Origin: Clostridiales bacterium
Lineage (GTDB): Bacteria > Bacillota > Clostridia > Lachnospirales > Lachnospiraceae
Direction: 5' to 3'
DNA length: 64,000 bases
NCBI GenBank assembly: GCA_012520815.1
Contig: JAAYNM010000023.1
Location: 23,416-87,415, forward strand
This document shows, in pieces, positions 26,698-37,603 of this stretch; the stretch's first letter is position 1; every line of letters starts with the position of its first letter. A program made the position numbers and the translations under genes. Below the pieces are notes generated by a model. It was not told where the DNA came from. It saw only the letters and a list, made by a program, of their open reading frames with translations, and did no database searches.

Positions 26698-29001
26698 GTG
26701 AAACGTTTAATAGACATTATCAAACAAGGAAATATCTTTTATGCTTTCGCTGTGCTGGCGACTACATTAGCACCTTATTATCCCAACGATTGGGTTATAG
26801 TGGCACTATCAGCAATTGGTATAATGTTTCTTTTTATGTTTTTGGATAGTTTCAAGGAGAAGACATCCAAGAGAATGTGTACGCTGGCATATTTTATTGC
26901 ATTGGTATTTTTGATTGTTGCTTTAAATTTCAATATAGGTGGTTTTCATTTTTATGAATGGCTCCTTACAGGATATGATTACGATCCCGCATATTTACCA
27001 TACATCTCCATATTTTATTTTATAGGATTACTCTTTATTGGAACTACAGTCTACTATTTTACAAAGTTTTATTTCAGGGGATATATTATGATTTTTATCC
27101 TTATGATACCGATTGCTTTGTATTTTAAAATGATTGAAACTGTAAAGATAGTCTATATTATTATGATAGTGGTGTCCTTGATTTATATATACATTTCAAA
27201 GATGTATTTAAGACATACAAAGGATGTAGAAATAAAGAAGAATTCTACATATTACAGATTTCTTTCCCTGATTTTTCTGATTGTTATTTTAGTAGCAATT
27301 ATTACACCAAAAAATGAAAGCGCTAAATACAGAGACATAACAGATGAAGTAATTTCTCTTAGTCCATTTTCAGCAAGAAACCTTGGTGCTATCGGAATGC
27401 TAAAAGATTCATCGGCAGCAGGCAGCTATGCCTATTTGAACCAAAATAGAGTCATATATCGTGTGGATGCATTTGAACCATTATATCTGCGTAGGTCCTC
27501 TTATATGGAATATTCAAAGGGGCAGTGGACGAATGATGAAGTCGCTATTTTACCAAATTGGGAAAATAATAGGGAACATCTAGATATGCGAACATTTTAC
27601 GAGACAATGACAGCACTGTATGAGCTTTGTCCTGAAATATTTAAAAAGTACGATATTGCTCTAGAAGACATTCCAAATGTTACAGAGGAAAGTATGGATG
27701 CGATTATTTATGCGAGTACCTTTAAATCAAACTTTTTCCTGCATACAGCTAGGACATTTAACGTTATAGATACTGATGAAATTAGCCTCAATTATATGAC
27801 TGGGGGATTATATCAAAATAACGAAAATATAGAGCAAAAAAGTAGTGGCAGTATCCAGTATGGCGATAAGTCGTCGCTGGGACGCTCGGAACCATATGAA
27901 ATAAAATATTACCAAGATATAGCAAGACAGAATCAACAAATTATTGATTTTGCTAGTCATTTTACTGCTAGAGAATATGTGGATTTTATTGAGGGTTTAT
28001 CTTCGTGTGTATATGAAAATGAAGAACTTCTAGAATATAGAGAAAATGTAGATTATTTAAAATTTTCAATTAAGGAAGTGAAATATAATCTTGAATATGT
28101 AGGAAAAAATAAAAACTATTCAAATGAATTAAAAAAATTGGCATTGGAAATCACTTCGGACTATGACACGGAGTATGAAAAGGCAGTTGCTCTAGAAAGA
28201 TATTTTTCGGAAAATGGTTATGAATATACACTTGATGATGAAAACTCTCAAAATTCAATAGAGTACTTTGTTTTTGAAAGTAAAGCTGGAGCTTGTGGAG
28301 AATATGCAACAGCTATGACCCTTATGGCACAGTCTATTGGTCTGTGTGCTAAATATACGGAGGGTTTTTATATGTCAAAGGAATATGAAAGAAATTCCTA
28401 TTATATTACAGCGGGGGATTCTCATGCATATGTAGAGATGTATATCCCAGGATATGGATATACAGTATTTGAACCGACAGTTTCTGGCAGTGCTACAAAC
28501 GAAGAAGGTATAATGTCTGGAACAATCAGTAGGTTTTCAGAGATATTTAGCATAGGTAACGGAAAAAGTATATATTTAATAACTGCAATGATATTAATAG
28601 TGGCAGTAATTTTAGTCCTTTATAAAAGTGTCGTATCTGGAAGATTAATGGATAAATATATGGTGATGAGATATAAAAACTCGCCAGAGAAATGTATTTA
28701 TGTATATAAGCATATTTTGCGCATTTTAAAGGGCTATACTCCAATTAATAGTAAATCTATGACACCTAATGAAATACAAGTATTTGTAAGTGATAAATAT
28801 GGTATAGATATTAAAGAACTTGTTTTAATTATAGAAAGACGAGGATATAAAGGTGAAGGAATAGATATATCTTCATCAGATATGAAAAATTATTCAAGAC
28901 TATGTGTGGAGCTACGAAGAAAAATAAAAGCAAAGGATAAAGAAGAAAGGAAAATAAACAGAATAAAAAAGAAGAAAGATAAAAAAGAAAAGAGGAAATA
29001 A
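26698..29001 (+). CDS. Polytopic transglutaminase-like protein (TgpA-like)
   Basis: GTG start after AAGGAGG. Multiple N-terminal TMs. Transglutaminase core GACGEYATAMTLMAQSIG ... DSHAYVEMYIPGYGYTVFEPT. There is a late TM and a K/R-rich tail. Confidence 0.85.
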   Translation: MKRLIDIIKQGNIFYAFAVLATTLAPYYPNDWVIVALSAIGIMFLFMFLDSFKEKTSKRMCTLAYFIALVFLIVALNFNIGGFHFYEWLLTGYDYDPAYLPYISIFYFIGLLFIGTTVYYFTKFYFRGYIMIFILMIPIALYFKMIETVKIVYIIMIVVSLIYIYISKMYLRHTKDVEIKKNSTYYRFLSLIFLIVILVAIITPKNESAKYRDITDEVISLSPFSARNLGAIGMLKDSSAAGSYAYLNQNRVIYRVDAFEPLYLRRSSYMEYSKGQWTNDEVAILPNWENNREHLDMRTFYETMTALYELCPEIFKKYDIALEDIPNVTEESMDAIIYASTFKSNFFLHTARTFNVIDTDEISLNYMTGGLYQNNENIEQKSSGSIQYGDKSSLGRSEPYEIKYYQDIARQNQQIIDFASHFTAREYVDFIEGLSSCVYENEELLEYRENVDYLKFSIKEVKYNLEYVGKNKNYSNELKKLALEITSDYDTEYEKAVALERYFSENGYEYTLDDENSQNSIEYFVFESKAGACGEYATAMTLMAQSIGLCAKYTEGFYMSKEYERNSYYITAGDSHAYVEMYIPGYGYTVFEPTVSGSATNEEGIMSGTISRFSEIFSIGNGKSIYLITAMILIVAVILVLYKSVVSGRLMDKYMVMRYKNSPEKCIYVYKHILRILKGYTPINSKSMTPNEIQVFVSDKYGIDIKELVLIIERRGYKGEGIDISSSDMKNYSRLCVELRRKIKAKDKEERKINRIKKKKDKKEKRK

Positions 29002-29002
29002 T

Positions 29003-29034
29003 AAAACGCCAGTGCAATATGCACTGGCGTTTTA
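29003..29034. terminator. Bidirectional terminator between the tgpA-like and PilZ genes
   Basis: acgccagtgc / gcactggcgt perfect 10-bp stem flanked by an A-run and a T-run. Confidence 0.85.
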
Positions 29035-29064
29035 TTTAATAGCCCACTGAAATCATATGTAAAA

Positions 29065-29418
29065 CTAGTTATTCTCTTCTAGTTTTTTTTCAAAATCTTC
29101 AAAAATGAAGTCGAGTATAGGGGCTAATCCAATAAACTCGCATCCATAATACATTGAAGATTCTTGTTTCTCGGTTCTAACAATTTGAACTACAGTGTAG
29201 AGGCTAGATTCTTGATTGCCGAGATTAATCTTAGCATTGAAGTAATATCCAATAGGTAAGAGGGCTTCTGATTCAAATCCAATTCCATTCTTGGAAATGT
29301 TCACAACATGAATAGGTGCGTCAATGTTACCGATAAGAATATTATCCTGCTTAAAAAGGTTGGAAATATTCAAACTCATATCTACATCTAATCGTTTACT
29401 TCTTCTCTTGTCCAACAT
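29065..29418 (-). CDS. PilZ domain protein (putative c-di-GMP receptor)
   Basis: RRSKR ... NISKNGIGFES matches the PilZ RxxxR and D/NxSxxG motifs. I prefer the start at MLDKRRSKR (29418), which has AAGGAG 10 nt upstream, over the listed 29508. Confidence 0.75.
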   Translation of the reverse strand: MLDKRRSKRLDVDMSLNISNLFKQDNILIGNIDAPIHVVNISKNGIGFESEALLPIGYYFNAKINLGNQESSLYTVVQIVRTEKQESSMYYGCEFIGLAPILDFIFEDFEKKLEENN

Positions 29419-29738
29419 AAAAACATATCTCCTTAATATTTGGGGAATCATCCCAGTTTCTACTTCCAAAACACACTTTATTATACTAAACTTATACATA
29501 ATAATCAAGAAATTTTTATAAATTACCTAATCTATGCTCAATATGTCCAAAACAACTAAGATAACTTATATAATCAGTGTTTAAGAGTTTAATTATTGTA
29601 ATTTTTATTTGATTTTATATAATGTTTGAGTTATAATGAACGCGCATATGTATAATCGACATATTAGGATATATTGAACATGTCAGTGATACATATAGAT
29701 TCTTTAGAACGTAGATAAAAAAGGATAGGTGGCAGACG

Positions 29739-30443
29739 ATGGAAAAGTTAGATTTACTCTATGAAGGCAAAGCAAAAAAAGTATTTAAGACAGAGGATCC
29801 AGATGTATTAATAGTAGATTACAAGGATGATGCAACAGCTTTCAACGGCGAAAAGAAAGGTACTATTGTTGGAAAAGGTGCAATTAACAATAGAATGACC
29901 AATCATGTATTCAAACTTCTTGAAAAAGAAGGAGTTCCTACACATTTAATCGAAGAGTTAAGTGATAGAGAAACAGTTGTTAAGAAAGTAGAAATAGTTC
30001 CACTTGAAGTTATCATTAGAAACGTTGCAGCAGGTAGCTTTTCAAAGAAACTTGGAATCGAAGAAGGAAGAAAATTACTCGCTCCTACATTAGAGTTTAG
30101 TTACAAAGACGATGCTCTTGGAGATCCAATGATTAACGATTACTTTGCAATTGCCATTGGTGCTGCCACTCGTGAAGAAATAGATAAGATTACAGAATAT
30201 GCATTTAAGGTAAATGAAGTATTAAAAGCATATTTCCTCGGTGCAGAAATGGAATTAATCGATTTTAAGATTGAGTTTGGTAGATATAAAGGTGAAATCA
30301 TCCTTGCTGATGAAATTTCTCCAGATACATGTAGATTATGGGACGTTAATACTCATGAAAAACTCGACAAGGATCGTTTTAGAAGAGACCTTGGTAATGT
30401 TGAAGAAGCATACAATGAAGTGTTTAAGCGTTTAGGTTTATAA
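29739..30443 (+). CDS. purC: Phosphoribosylaminoimidazole-succinocarboxamide (SAICAR) synthase
   Basis: [31 protein letters not shown] and [15 protein letters not shown] are classic PurC blocks. Confidence 0.93.
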   Translation: MEKLDLLYEGKAKKVFKTEDPDVLIVDYKDDATAFNGEKKGTIVGKGAINNRMTNHVFKLLEKEGVPTHLIEELSDRETVVKKVEIVPLEVIIRNVAAGSFSKKLGIEEGRKLLAPTLEFSYKDDALGDPMINDYFAIAIGAATREEIDKITEYAFKVNEVLKAYFLGAEMELIDFKIEFGRYKGEIILADEISPDTCRLWDVNTHEKLDKDRFRRDLGNVEEAYNEVFKRLGL

Positions 30444-30465
30444 TCAACGATACAATAAAAATCAA

Positions 30466-30495
30466 CGGCGGCTTAAATTTAAGCCGCTTGTTTTT
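30466..30495 (+). terminator. Rho-independent terminator after purC
   Basis: gcggcttaaatttaagccgc perfect palindrome followed by ttgttttt. Confidence 0.8.
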
Positions 30496-30604
30496 GCGAA
30501 GGCATAGAAATCGACGACAGAGGTAAAAATGAACAATTTTCATTAGAACCACCAAAGGAAGACATCCGTGGATCATATGACAAATAATATTTGGAGGAAA
30601 GTAA

Positions 30605-32035
30605 ATGTACGATAAATATCAAAGCCCATTATCAGAAAGATACGCAAGTAAGGAGATGCAATATATTTTCTCACCGGATATGAAATTCCGTACTTGGAGA
30701 AAATTGTGGATTGCACTTGCAGAAACTGAGAAAGAACTTGGATTAAACATTACAGATGAACAAATTGAAGAATTAAAAGAGCATGCAGAGGATATCAATT
30801 ACGAAGTAGCAATAGAAAGAGAAAAATTGGTTCGTCATGATGTTATGTCTCATGTATATGCGTATGGTGTTTTATGCCCTAAAGCTAAAGGTATTATTCA
30901 TCTAGGAGCAACATCTTGCTATGTAGGAGATAATACAGACGTTATAGTTATGACAGAGGCTTTAAAGCTTGTTCGCAAAAAACTTATTAATGTTATTGCG
31001 GAACTTGCAAAATTTGCAGATGAACAGAAGTCACAGCCAACACTTGCATTTACACATTTTCAGCCGGCTCAGCCTACAACTGTAGGAAAGAGAGCTACAT
31101 TGTGGATGATGGAATTGAAATTAGATCTTGATGACTTAGATTATATTATTGATAATATGATGCTCTTAGGTTCTAAAGGAACTACAGGTACACAGGCTAG
31201 TTTCTTAGAATTGTTTGAAGGTGATCAGGAGAAAGTTCGAAGAATTGATCCTATGATTGCAGAAAAAATGGGATTCAAGGAGTGTTTCCCTGTATCAGGT
31301 CAGACATACTCCAGAAAACTTGACACTAGAGTTGCTAATGTTTTAGCAGGTATTGCAGCTAGTGCTCATAAGTTCTCAAATGATATAAGACTTTTACAAC
31401 ATCTTAAAGAAGTAGAAGAACCATTTGAAAAAAATCAGATTGGCTCATCAGCAATGGCATATAAGAGAAATCCTATGCGTAGTGAAAGAATAGCATCTCT
31501 TTCAAGATATGTAATGGTTGATGCACTTAATCCAGCAATTACATCAGCTACACAGTGGTTTGAAAGAACTCTTGATGATTCGGCAAACAAGAGACTTAGT
31601 ATACCAGAAGCGTTCCTTGCTATTGATGGTATTTTAGATTTATATCTTAATGTAGTAGATGGACTTGTTGTATATCCAAAGGTTATTGAGAAGAGACTTA
31701 TGTCAGAACTTCCATTTATGGCTACTGAGAATATTATGATGGATGCAGTAAAAGCAGGTGGAGATAGACAAGAACTTCACGAAAAAATCAGACTTTTATC
31801 AATGCAGGCAGGTAAGAATGTTAAAGAAGAGGGGGGAGATAACAACCTTCTTGAACTTATTGCTGAGGATCCTTCGTTTAATATGACATTAGAAGAATTA
31901 AAATCATGTATGGACCCAACAAAATATGTTGGTCGTTCAGTAATACAGGTAGAGGAATTCTTGACAGATGTAATTGCACCAATTCTTGAAGAAAATAAGG
32001 ATATTATCGGTATGAAAGCAGAAATTAACGTTTAA
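30605..32035 (+). CDS. purB: Adenylosuccinate lyase
   Basis: 476 aa. YQSPLSERYASKEM N-terminus and the fumarate-lyase signature GSSAMAYKRNP. Confidence 0.93.
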   Translation: MYDKYQSPLSERYASKEMQYIFSPDMKFRTWRKLWIALAETEKELGLNITDEQIEELKEHAEDINYEVAIEREKLVRHDVMSHVYAYGVLCPKAKGIIHLGATSCYVGDNTDVIVMTEALKLVRKKLINVIAELAKFADEQKSQPTLAFTHFQPAQPTTVGKRATLWMMELKLDLDDLDYIIDNMMLLGSKGTTGTQASFLELFEGDQEKVRRIDPMIAEKMGFKECFPVSGQTYSRKLDTRVANVLAGIAASAHKFSNDIRLLQHLKEVEEPFEKNQIGSSAMAYKRNPMRSERIASLSRYVMVDALNPAITSATQWFERTLDDSANKRLSIPEAFLAIDGILDLYLNVVDGLVVYPKVIEKRLMSELPFMATENIMMDAVKAGGDRQELHEKIRLLSMQAGKNVKEEGGDNNLLELIAEDPSFNMTLEELKSCMDPTKYVGRSVIQVEEFLTDVIAPILEENKDIIGMKAEINV

Positions 32036-32071
32036 TCAAATAACGAACCTTTAAAATTAGATATATAAGTA

Positions 32072-32136
32072 AAAAAAGACTCTAAGTGATTTCCCTACAA
32101 TCATAGTCCATGGAAAACTTAGAGTCTTTTGTTTTC
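32072..32136. terminator. Long-loop hairpin terminator shared by purB and the convergent 32140 gene
   Basis: aaaagactctaagt (32074-32087) pairs with acttagagtctttt (32117-32130). T-run on the plus strand and A-run on the other side. Confidence 0.6.
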
Positions 32137-32139
32137 GAT

Positions 32140-32559
32140 TTAAAGATGGCCATGTATGTCCATTATGGCACATATACCTCGAAAAGAATAGTGGTTGTGT
32201 CCAAATGTTGCTAGTCCAAATTCTTCAAATGTGATACCTAAGAAGTCCACGTAATGTCGTACATAATATTGCGGTAGAAGCCGAGCTCTTTGCTTGAATA
32301 GCCTGGAAAGATCAATGGAGGGAAAATTATATTTTATGGCAAAGGCCCATAAGACGAGAATAGAAAGAGTATAAGCTTCATAATCCTTAATGCTGTCAAC
32401 TGGGATAGACTTCACAAGGGAGAAGAGCTTATAAGCATCATCATATGTGAGAGGCGCATGAGTTATTATGCCTTGCGCCTCTGTATTATTTAGGAAATAG
32501 TGTTCTAAAATAGACTCAGACTCGGACAAAGTCATATTGTCAAAAAACATATTATACAT
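32140..32559 (-). CDS. Hypothetical protein (139 aa)
   Basis: Clean ORF with GGAGG-like sequence upstream (aggaggaggcgg on the coding strand). No recognisable motifs. Confidence 0.5.
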   Translation of the reverse strand: MYNMFFDNMTLSESESILEHYFLNNTEAQGIITHAPLTYDDAYKLFSLVKSIPVDSIKDYEAYTLSILVLWAFAIKYNFPSIDLSRLFKQRARLLPQYYVRHYVDFLGITFEEFGLATFGHNHYSFRGICAIMDIHGHL

Positions 32560-32733
32560 TATTAACCGCCTCCTCCTAAGTTTTACGAACTATATATATC
32601 CCATTATAGCAAAAATCCCCTATTTTACAAGGAAAAAACAATTTGCTAAATAGAATTAAATGTTATATAATAAACCTGATATGTAAATTTTTATGCCCAA
32701 AGGGCCATAATAAAATGCAAAGGATGGAAAACA

Positions 32734-33261
32734 ATGAGCGACAATTCAGAACAAAACTACACACTTCTTGAAACATGGAGAGGATATGCATATGGTGCTC
32801 AAAAGAGCCAAGCAGAATATGACAAGTTCTGGAATGCATATTTTGTACTTGAGAGAGGAATCTACGAACAGATTTTAGCTACCCCAGATGAGGTGGTTAC
32901 AGGCACAGTTAAAGAACTTGCCGAAAAGTATGGCGTTGACCTCTATATCATGGTTGGTTTCTTAGATGGTATTAATGATAGTCTTAAGGAGTCAAATCCC
33001 ATCGAAGAAATGACAGAAGATACAGTAGTTAATCTTGGATATGACATAGAATTGCTATACAAAAATATGGTAGAAGCAAAAGCGGAATGGTTATATACTC
33101 TTGAAGCATGGAATACTTTGATTCCAGATGAAGAAAAGAGAAAAGCTTTATATAAAGAACAAAAATCTTCGCACACAGTAGTTAAAGATAAAAAAATCGG
33201 AAGAAATGACCCATGCCCATGCGGAAGCGGTAAGAAATACAAATTCTGCTGTGGCAGATAA
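32734..33261 (+). CDS. SEC-C motif ([14 protein letters not shown]) domain protein
   Basis: The C-terminus [19 protein letters not shown] is the SecA-C-terminal-type metal-binding motif. The N-terminal domain is unknown. Confidence 0.7.
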   Translation: MSDNSEQNYTLLETWRGYAYGAQKSQAEYDKFWNAYFVLERGIYEQILATPDEVVTGTVKELAEKYGVDLYIMVGFLDGINDSLKESNPIEEMTEDTVVNLGYDIELLYKNMVEAKAEWLYTLEAWNTLIPDEEKRKALYKEQKSSHTVVKDKKIGRNDPCPCGSGKKYKFCCGR

Positions 33262-33337
33262 TGAAACTATACGGGCCTTTGTACTGAGTACGAAGGCTTG
33301 CTTTAACTTCAAGTATATTTGAAAACTGGTGAATGAT

Positions 33338-34240
33338 ATGAGTAAGAAATTGTTGTTTGTTTATAATGCAAAATCAGGTAAAGCGCGAATAAAAACATAT
33401 CTTGCACAGATAATAGATATTTTTATCAATGCAGGATATAGGGTGGAAACATACCAGACTCAGTGCCCAATGGACGCAGGAAAAAAAATAGAGGCTGACG
33501 GTCATGAATTTAACCTTATTGTCTGCAGTGGCGGTGACGGAACACTGAACGAGGTAGTATCTGGTGTAATGAAGTTGGAGAATTCTCCTACTATTGGATA
33601 TATTCCCTCTGGTTCGACAAATGATTTTGGTAAAACTATAGGTTTATACAAGAATATGTTAAAATCTGCAAATATAGCCGTTAACGGTACTCCCATGGAT
33701 ATAGACATTGGACAATTTGGGGCAGATCGTAATTTTGTATATATAGCAGCTTTTGGAATTTTTACAGATGTGTCATACCAGACATCTCAAAACATGAAAA
33801 ATGTTCTTGGACATCAGGCATACATAATTGAAGGGATTAAAAGTTTATCCACTGTTAGAGCCTATAAGATGAAAGTGGAATATGAGGGTGGAACGTTTGA
33901 AGATGAATTTATCTATGGAATGATATCAAACTCAGAGTCCGCTGGTGGTTTTAAAGGTATTACTGGTAAAGACGTTATACTAAATGATGGCATTTACGAA
34001 GGAACGTTTATTCGTAAACCAAAGTCACCATTTGAATTGAGTTCGATTGTAAATAGTTTGCTTGCAGGTAAAAATAAGAGCGATGCTATTTATAATTTCA
34101 AAACATCAAAATGCCGAATTATGAGTGAAGAGCCAGTTTCATGGGTATTAGATGGAGAATTTGGCGGAATGAAGGAAGATGTTGAGATAACTAACCTTAA
34201 ATCAGTCGTAAAGATTATGACTAATGGAAATGCCAAATAA
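33338..34240 (+). CDS. Diacylglycerol/lipid kinase family protein (YegS/DagK-like)
   Basis: KLLFVYNAKSGK ... VCSGGDGTLNEV ... GYIPSGSTNDF. I chose the ATG at 33338; a GTG at 33329 is also possible. Confidence 0.8.
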   Translation: MSKKLLFVYNAKSGKARIKTYLAQIIDIFINAGYRVETYQTQCPMDAGKKIEADGHEFNLIVCSGGDGTLNEVVSGVMKLENSPTIGYIPSGSTNDFGKTIGLYKNMLKSANIAVNGTPMDIDIGQFGADRNFVYIAAFGIFTDVSYQTSQNMKNVLGHQAYIIEGIKSLSTVRAYKMKVEYEGGTFEDEFIYGMISNSESAGGFKGITGKDVILNDGIYEGTFIRKPKSPFELSSIVNSLLAGKNKSDAIYNFKTSKCRIMSEEPVSWVLDGEFGGMKEDVEITNLKSVVKIMTNGNAK

Positions 34241-34342
34241 AAATGAACAAATTTGATGTATAATGCAGAGGTTTTGATGAGAAATATGTATATAGCTGTG
34301 CATATTTTGCATTGTACAAGATAAAGCAGAGAGGATATTTCA

Positions 34343-35464
34343 ATGGAAAAAGACAAGTTTTTAGAACTACTTAACAACCTTGTTGAATTAGGAACAAGTA
34401 AAAAGGGTGTTTTGGAGATGACAGATATTGATAATGCACTTAAAGGCACCGAACTTAGTGCTGAAGACAAAGAGAAGATATATCAATACCTTGAAGAAAA
34501 AAAGATAGATGTTCTTACTGTTTTAGATGAAAATTTTGTGGCAGACGATGATCTTGTACTGGAGCCTACAGAAGATGATTTTGAGACAGAAGAAGAAAAT
34601 ATAGATTTAGATGCTATTGATCTATTGGAAGGCATTGGAACTGAGGATCCAGTAAGAATGTATCTAAAGGAGATTGGTACTGTTCCACTTTTGTCAGCGG
34701 AAGAAGAACTCAGACTTTCAAAAAAGAAGTCAGAGGGAGATGCCAATGCAAAAGAAAGGCTTATTGAGGCAAACCTCCGTCTTGTTGTTAGTATTGCTAA
34801 AAGATATACAGGCCGTGGGATGAGCTTCCTTGATTTAGTTCAAGAGGGTAACCTTGGTTTAATTAAAGGTGTTGAAAAGTTTGATTATGAAAAAGGCTTT
34901 AAACTAAGTACATATGCTACTTGGTGGATTAGACAATCAGTTACTAGAGCATTAGCTGATCAAGCTAGAACGATTCGTGTGCCAGTTCATATGGTTGAAA
35001 CTATCAATAGAATGTCTAAGATGCAAAGAAAGCTCACTCTTGAACTTGGATATGAGCCATCAACTGCAGAACTTGCAACTGCATTAGATATGACAGAAGA
35101 AAAGGTTTTAGAGATTATGCAGATTGCTAGAGAACCTGCTTCGCTTGAAACACCTATTGGTGAGGAAGATGATTCAAATTTAGGCGATTTTGTAGCTGAT
35201 AATAATACAGTTACTCCTGAACAAAATATTGAGTCGGTAATGTTAAGAGAACACATTGACATTCTTCTTGAAGATTTAAAAGATAGAGAAAAACAGGTTA
35301 TAGTTTTAAGATTTGGTCTTGAGGATGGACACCCAAGAACGTTAGAGGAAGTTGGCAAGGTATTCAATGTTACACGTGAACGTATAAGGCAGATTGAAGC
35401 TAAGGCTCTTAGAAAACTTAGAAATCCAGTTAGAAGCAAAAAAATTAAGGACTTCCTGATGTAA
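34343..35464 (+). CDS. rpoD: Primary RNA polymerase sigma factor (sigma-70/SigA)
   Basis: Region 1.2 [11 protein letters not shown], region 2 [16 protein letters not shown] ... [13 protein letters not shown], region 4.2 [28 protein letters not shown]. Confidence 0.93.
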   Translation: MEKDKFLELLNNLVELGTSKKGVLEMTDIDNALKGTELSAEDKEKIYQYLEEKKIDVLTVLDENFVADDDLVLEPTEDDFETEEENIDLDAIDLLEGIGTEDPVRMYLKEIGTVPLLSAEEELRLSKKKSEGDANAKERLIEANLRLVVSIAKRYTGRGMSFLDLVQEGNLGLIKGVEKFDYEKGFKLSTYATWWIRQSVTRALADQARTIRVPVHMVETINRMSKMQRKLTLELGYEPSTAELATALDMTEEKVLEIMQIAREPASLETPIGEEDDSNLGDFVADNNTVTPEQNIESVMLREHIDILLEDLKDREKQVIVLRFGLEDGHPRTLEEVGKVFNVTRERIRQIEAKALRKLRNPVRSKKIKDFLM

Positions 35465-35607
35465 ATCAGGGAGTTTTTCCTTTTTTATGCAATTGGACCT
35501 GATAAAACTAAATCTTATATAATAAATTAATGTAAGAAAAAATCTGGAATAATACGTCTATGAGTAGTAAAATATAAACAATACTAATGTTTGAAAGGTG
35601 AATTTAT

Positions 35608-37410
35608 ATGAATGAAAGAATTCTTGCATTGCGACAAAAAATGACAGAAAAAAATATTGATTTATATATTGTTCCAACGAATGATTATCACTCATCAGAA
35701 TATATAGGAGATTTTTTTAAGAGTAGAGAATATATTTGCGGATTTACTGGGTCGGCGGGCACAGCAGTTATTACTATGACAGAGGCAGGACTTTGGACGG
35801 ATGGCAGATACTTTATACAAGCTCAGAGAGAATTATTTGACGATTTTACTTTATATAAACAGGGTTGCGATGGTGTGCCATCTATTCCAGAATATATTAA
35901 AAGTTTTGTAGAGAGTAAAAAGGATAGTAATAAGGTGGTTACAATTGGTTTTGATGGAAAATGTATAGATTGTGGTTATATAAAGATGCTTAACAATCAA
36001 TTGAAGCCATATGAAGTGATATTTAATGGTAAAATTGATATAGTAGGGATGATATGGACTGACAGGCCAACGATTGACTTTAGAGATGTTTATGAGTTAG
36101 ATGTCAAATATACAGGGGAGACTAGAAGGAGTAAATTAGACAAGATTAGAAAAACACTTTTAGATAGTGAAAGCGATTGCTTAATACTTACGTCTTTGGA
36201 TGATATTGCATGGCTTATGAACCTTCGTGGGGATGACGTTAAATGTAATCCAGTATTTATGTCATATGTTATTCTTAAAAAAGATGTAACATACCTTTAC
36301 GCAAATAAAAAATCCTTTAATGGAGACTTGATTAATAAATTAAAAGAAGATAATGTGATAGTTAGAGATTACGAGATATTTTACCAAGATTTACAATTGA
36401 TAGAATCTACAGAAAGGATTTTATTGGATGTTAATCTGATAAACTACGAAATTTCTCATTTTTTAAGTGGACATCAGTGTGTTGATTCTATAAATCCAAC
36501 ACTGCTGCTAAAGGCTATTAAGAATGAAATAGAGATTGAAAATGAAAAGAAAGCACACATTAAAGATGGTGTTGCATTGACAAAATTCATTTATTATATA
36601 AAAAATAATATTGGAAGAGAATTTATTACAGAGTGTAGTGCGGTAAAATACCTTGAGGATTTGAGAAAAAATGGAGAAGGTTATATAGGGCCAAGCTTTG
36701 AATCTATTGTTGCCTATAAAGAAAATGCAGCGATGTGTCATTACAGCCCAAGTGTTGAGGAAGATAGGCAGATAAAACCGGAAGGATTTTTATTGTTTGA
36801 CACAGGTGGTCATTATTTTGAAGGAACAACAGATGTTACCAGAACTATAACGCTAGGAAAAATCTCTGATGAGGAAAAATTGCATTACACGTTGGTTCTT
36901 ATGGGCAATTTAAAACTAATGGATGCAAAATTTATATATGGCGTAAAAGGCCAAAACCTTGATTATATAGCAAGAGAAGCGTTGTGGAGATATGGGCTTG
37001 ACTATAACCACGGAACGGGACACGGAGTTGGATATATGCTTAATGTCCATGAAGGCCCTAATAATATTAGATGGAGAATTACAAATTCTAAATGTCCTGA
37101 CAACGAAATACTTAGGGAAGGAATGATTACCAGTGATGAACCAGGGCTATATCTTGAAGGAAGATATGGAATAAGATTAGAGAACCTCCTTGTTTGTAAA
37201 AAAGATATAGAAAATGAGTATGGTCAATTTATGAAGTTTGAAGTATTGACATTAGCACCTTTTGATTTGGAAGCTGTCGACGTAAATGTAATGGATGGTC
37301 ATAGCCGAGAGTTGCTTAATGAGTATCATGAGCTGGTTTATAATAAAATTGCTATGCATTTAAATGATGAAGAACGTGCATGGCTGAAGGAAGCAACACG
37401 TAGAATATGA
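35608..37410 (+). CDS. Xaa-Pro aminopeptidase (M24B, aminopeptidase P-like)
   Basis: 600 aa. N-terminal creatinase-like domains. M24 metal ligands in DTGGHY ... DVTRT ... HGTGHGVG ... SDEPG ... RLENL. Confidence 0.85.
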   Translation: MNERILALRQKMTEKNIDLYIVPTNDYHSSEYIGDFFKSREYICGFTGSAGTAVITMTEAGLWTDGRYFIQAQRELFDDFTLYKQGCDGVPSIPEYIKSFVESKKDSNKVVTIGFDGKCIDCGYIKMLNNQLKPYEVIFNGKIDIVGMIWTDRPTIDFRDVYELDVKYTGETRRSKLDKIRKTLLDSESDCLILTSLDDIAWLMNLRGDDVKCNPVFMSYVILKKDVTYLYANKKSFNGDLINKLKEDNVIVRDYEIFYQDLQLIESTERILLDVNLINYEISHFLSGHQCVDSINPTLLLKAIKNEIEIENEKKAHIKDGVALTKFIYYIKNNIGREFITECSAVKYLEDLRKNGEGYIGPSFESIVAYKENAAMCHYSPSVEEDRQIKPEGFLLFDTGGHYFEGTTDVTRTITLGKISDEEKLHYTLVLMGNLKLMDAKFIYGVKGQNLDYIAREALWRYGLDYNHGTGHGVGYMLNVHEGPNNIRWRITNSKCPDNEILREGMITSDEPGLYLEGRYGIRLENLLVCKKDIENEYGQFMKFEVLTLAPFDLEAVDVNVMDGHSRELLNEYHELVYNKIAMHLNDEERAWLKEATRRI

Positions 37411-37603
37411 TAATGAGCGCGTTTGCATTTACATTGTCTAGGAATTTATTGAAAATTTGGATGTAAGATTTGATTATATGTGATATTATAGATAAGGAAT
37501 GTAATTTGAAAAGTGAATATATTAAAAAATATATAGAAGTAGATGCTATAGAAATAAATATATAAAAGTAAATACAAAAAATTAAAGTATAGTGAGGATA
37601 GAT

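Noticed and set aside
29540-29738. Possible purine riboswitch or PurR box upstream of purC (TATAATCG string and a catatgtat/atacatat stem at about 29644-29699)
   Set aside because: The P1/J1-2-like TATAATCG start is present. The element is too short (about 56 nt), forms one internal hairpin instead of P2 plus P3, and lacks the conserved UUUCUACC and CCGACUAUG-type cores. GAAC-containing strings match the PurBox consensus only partially and with wrong spacing.
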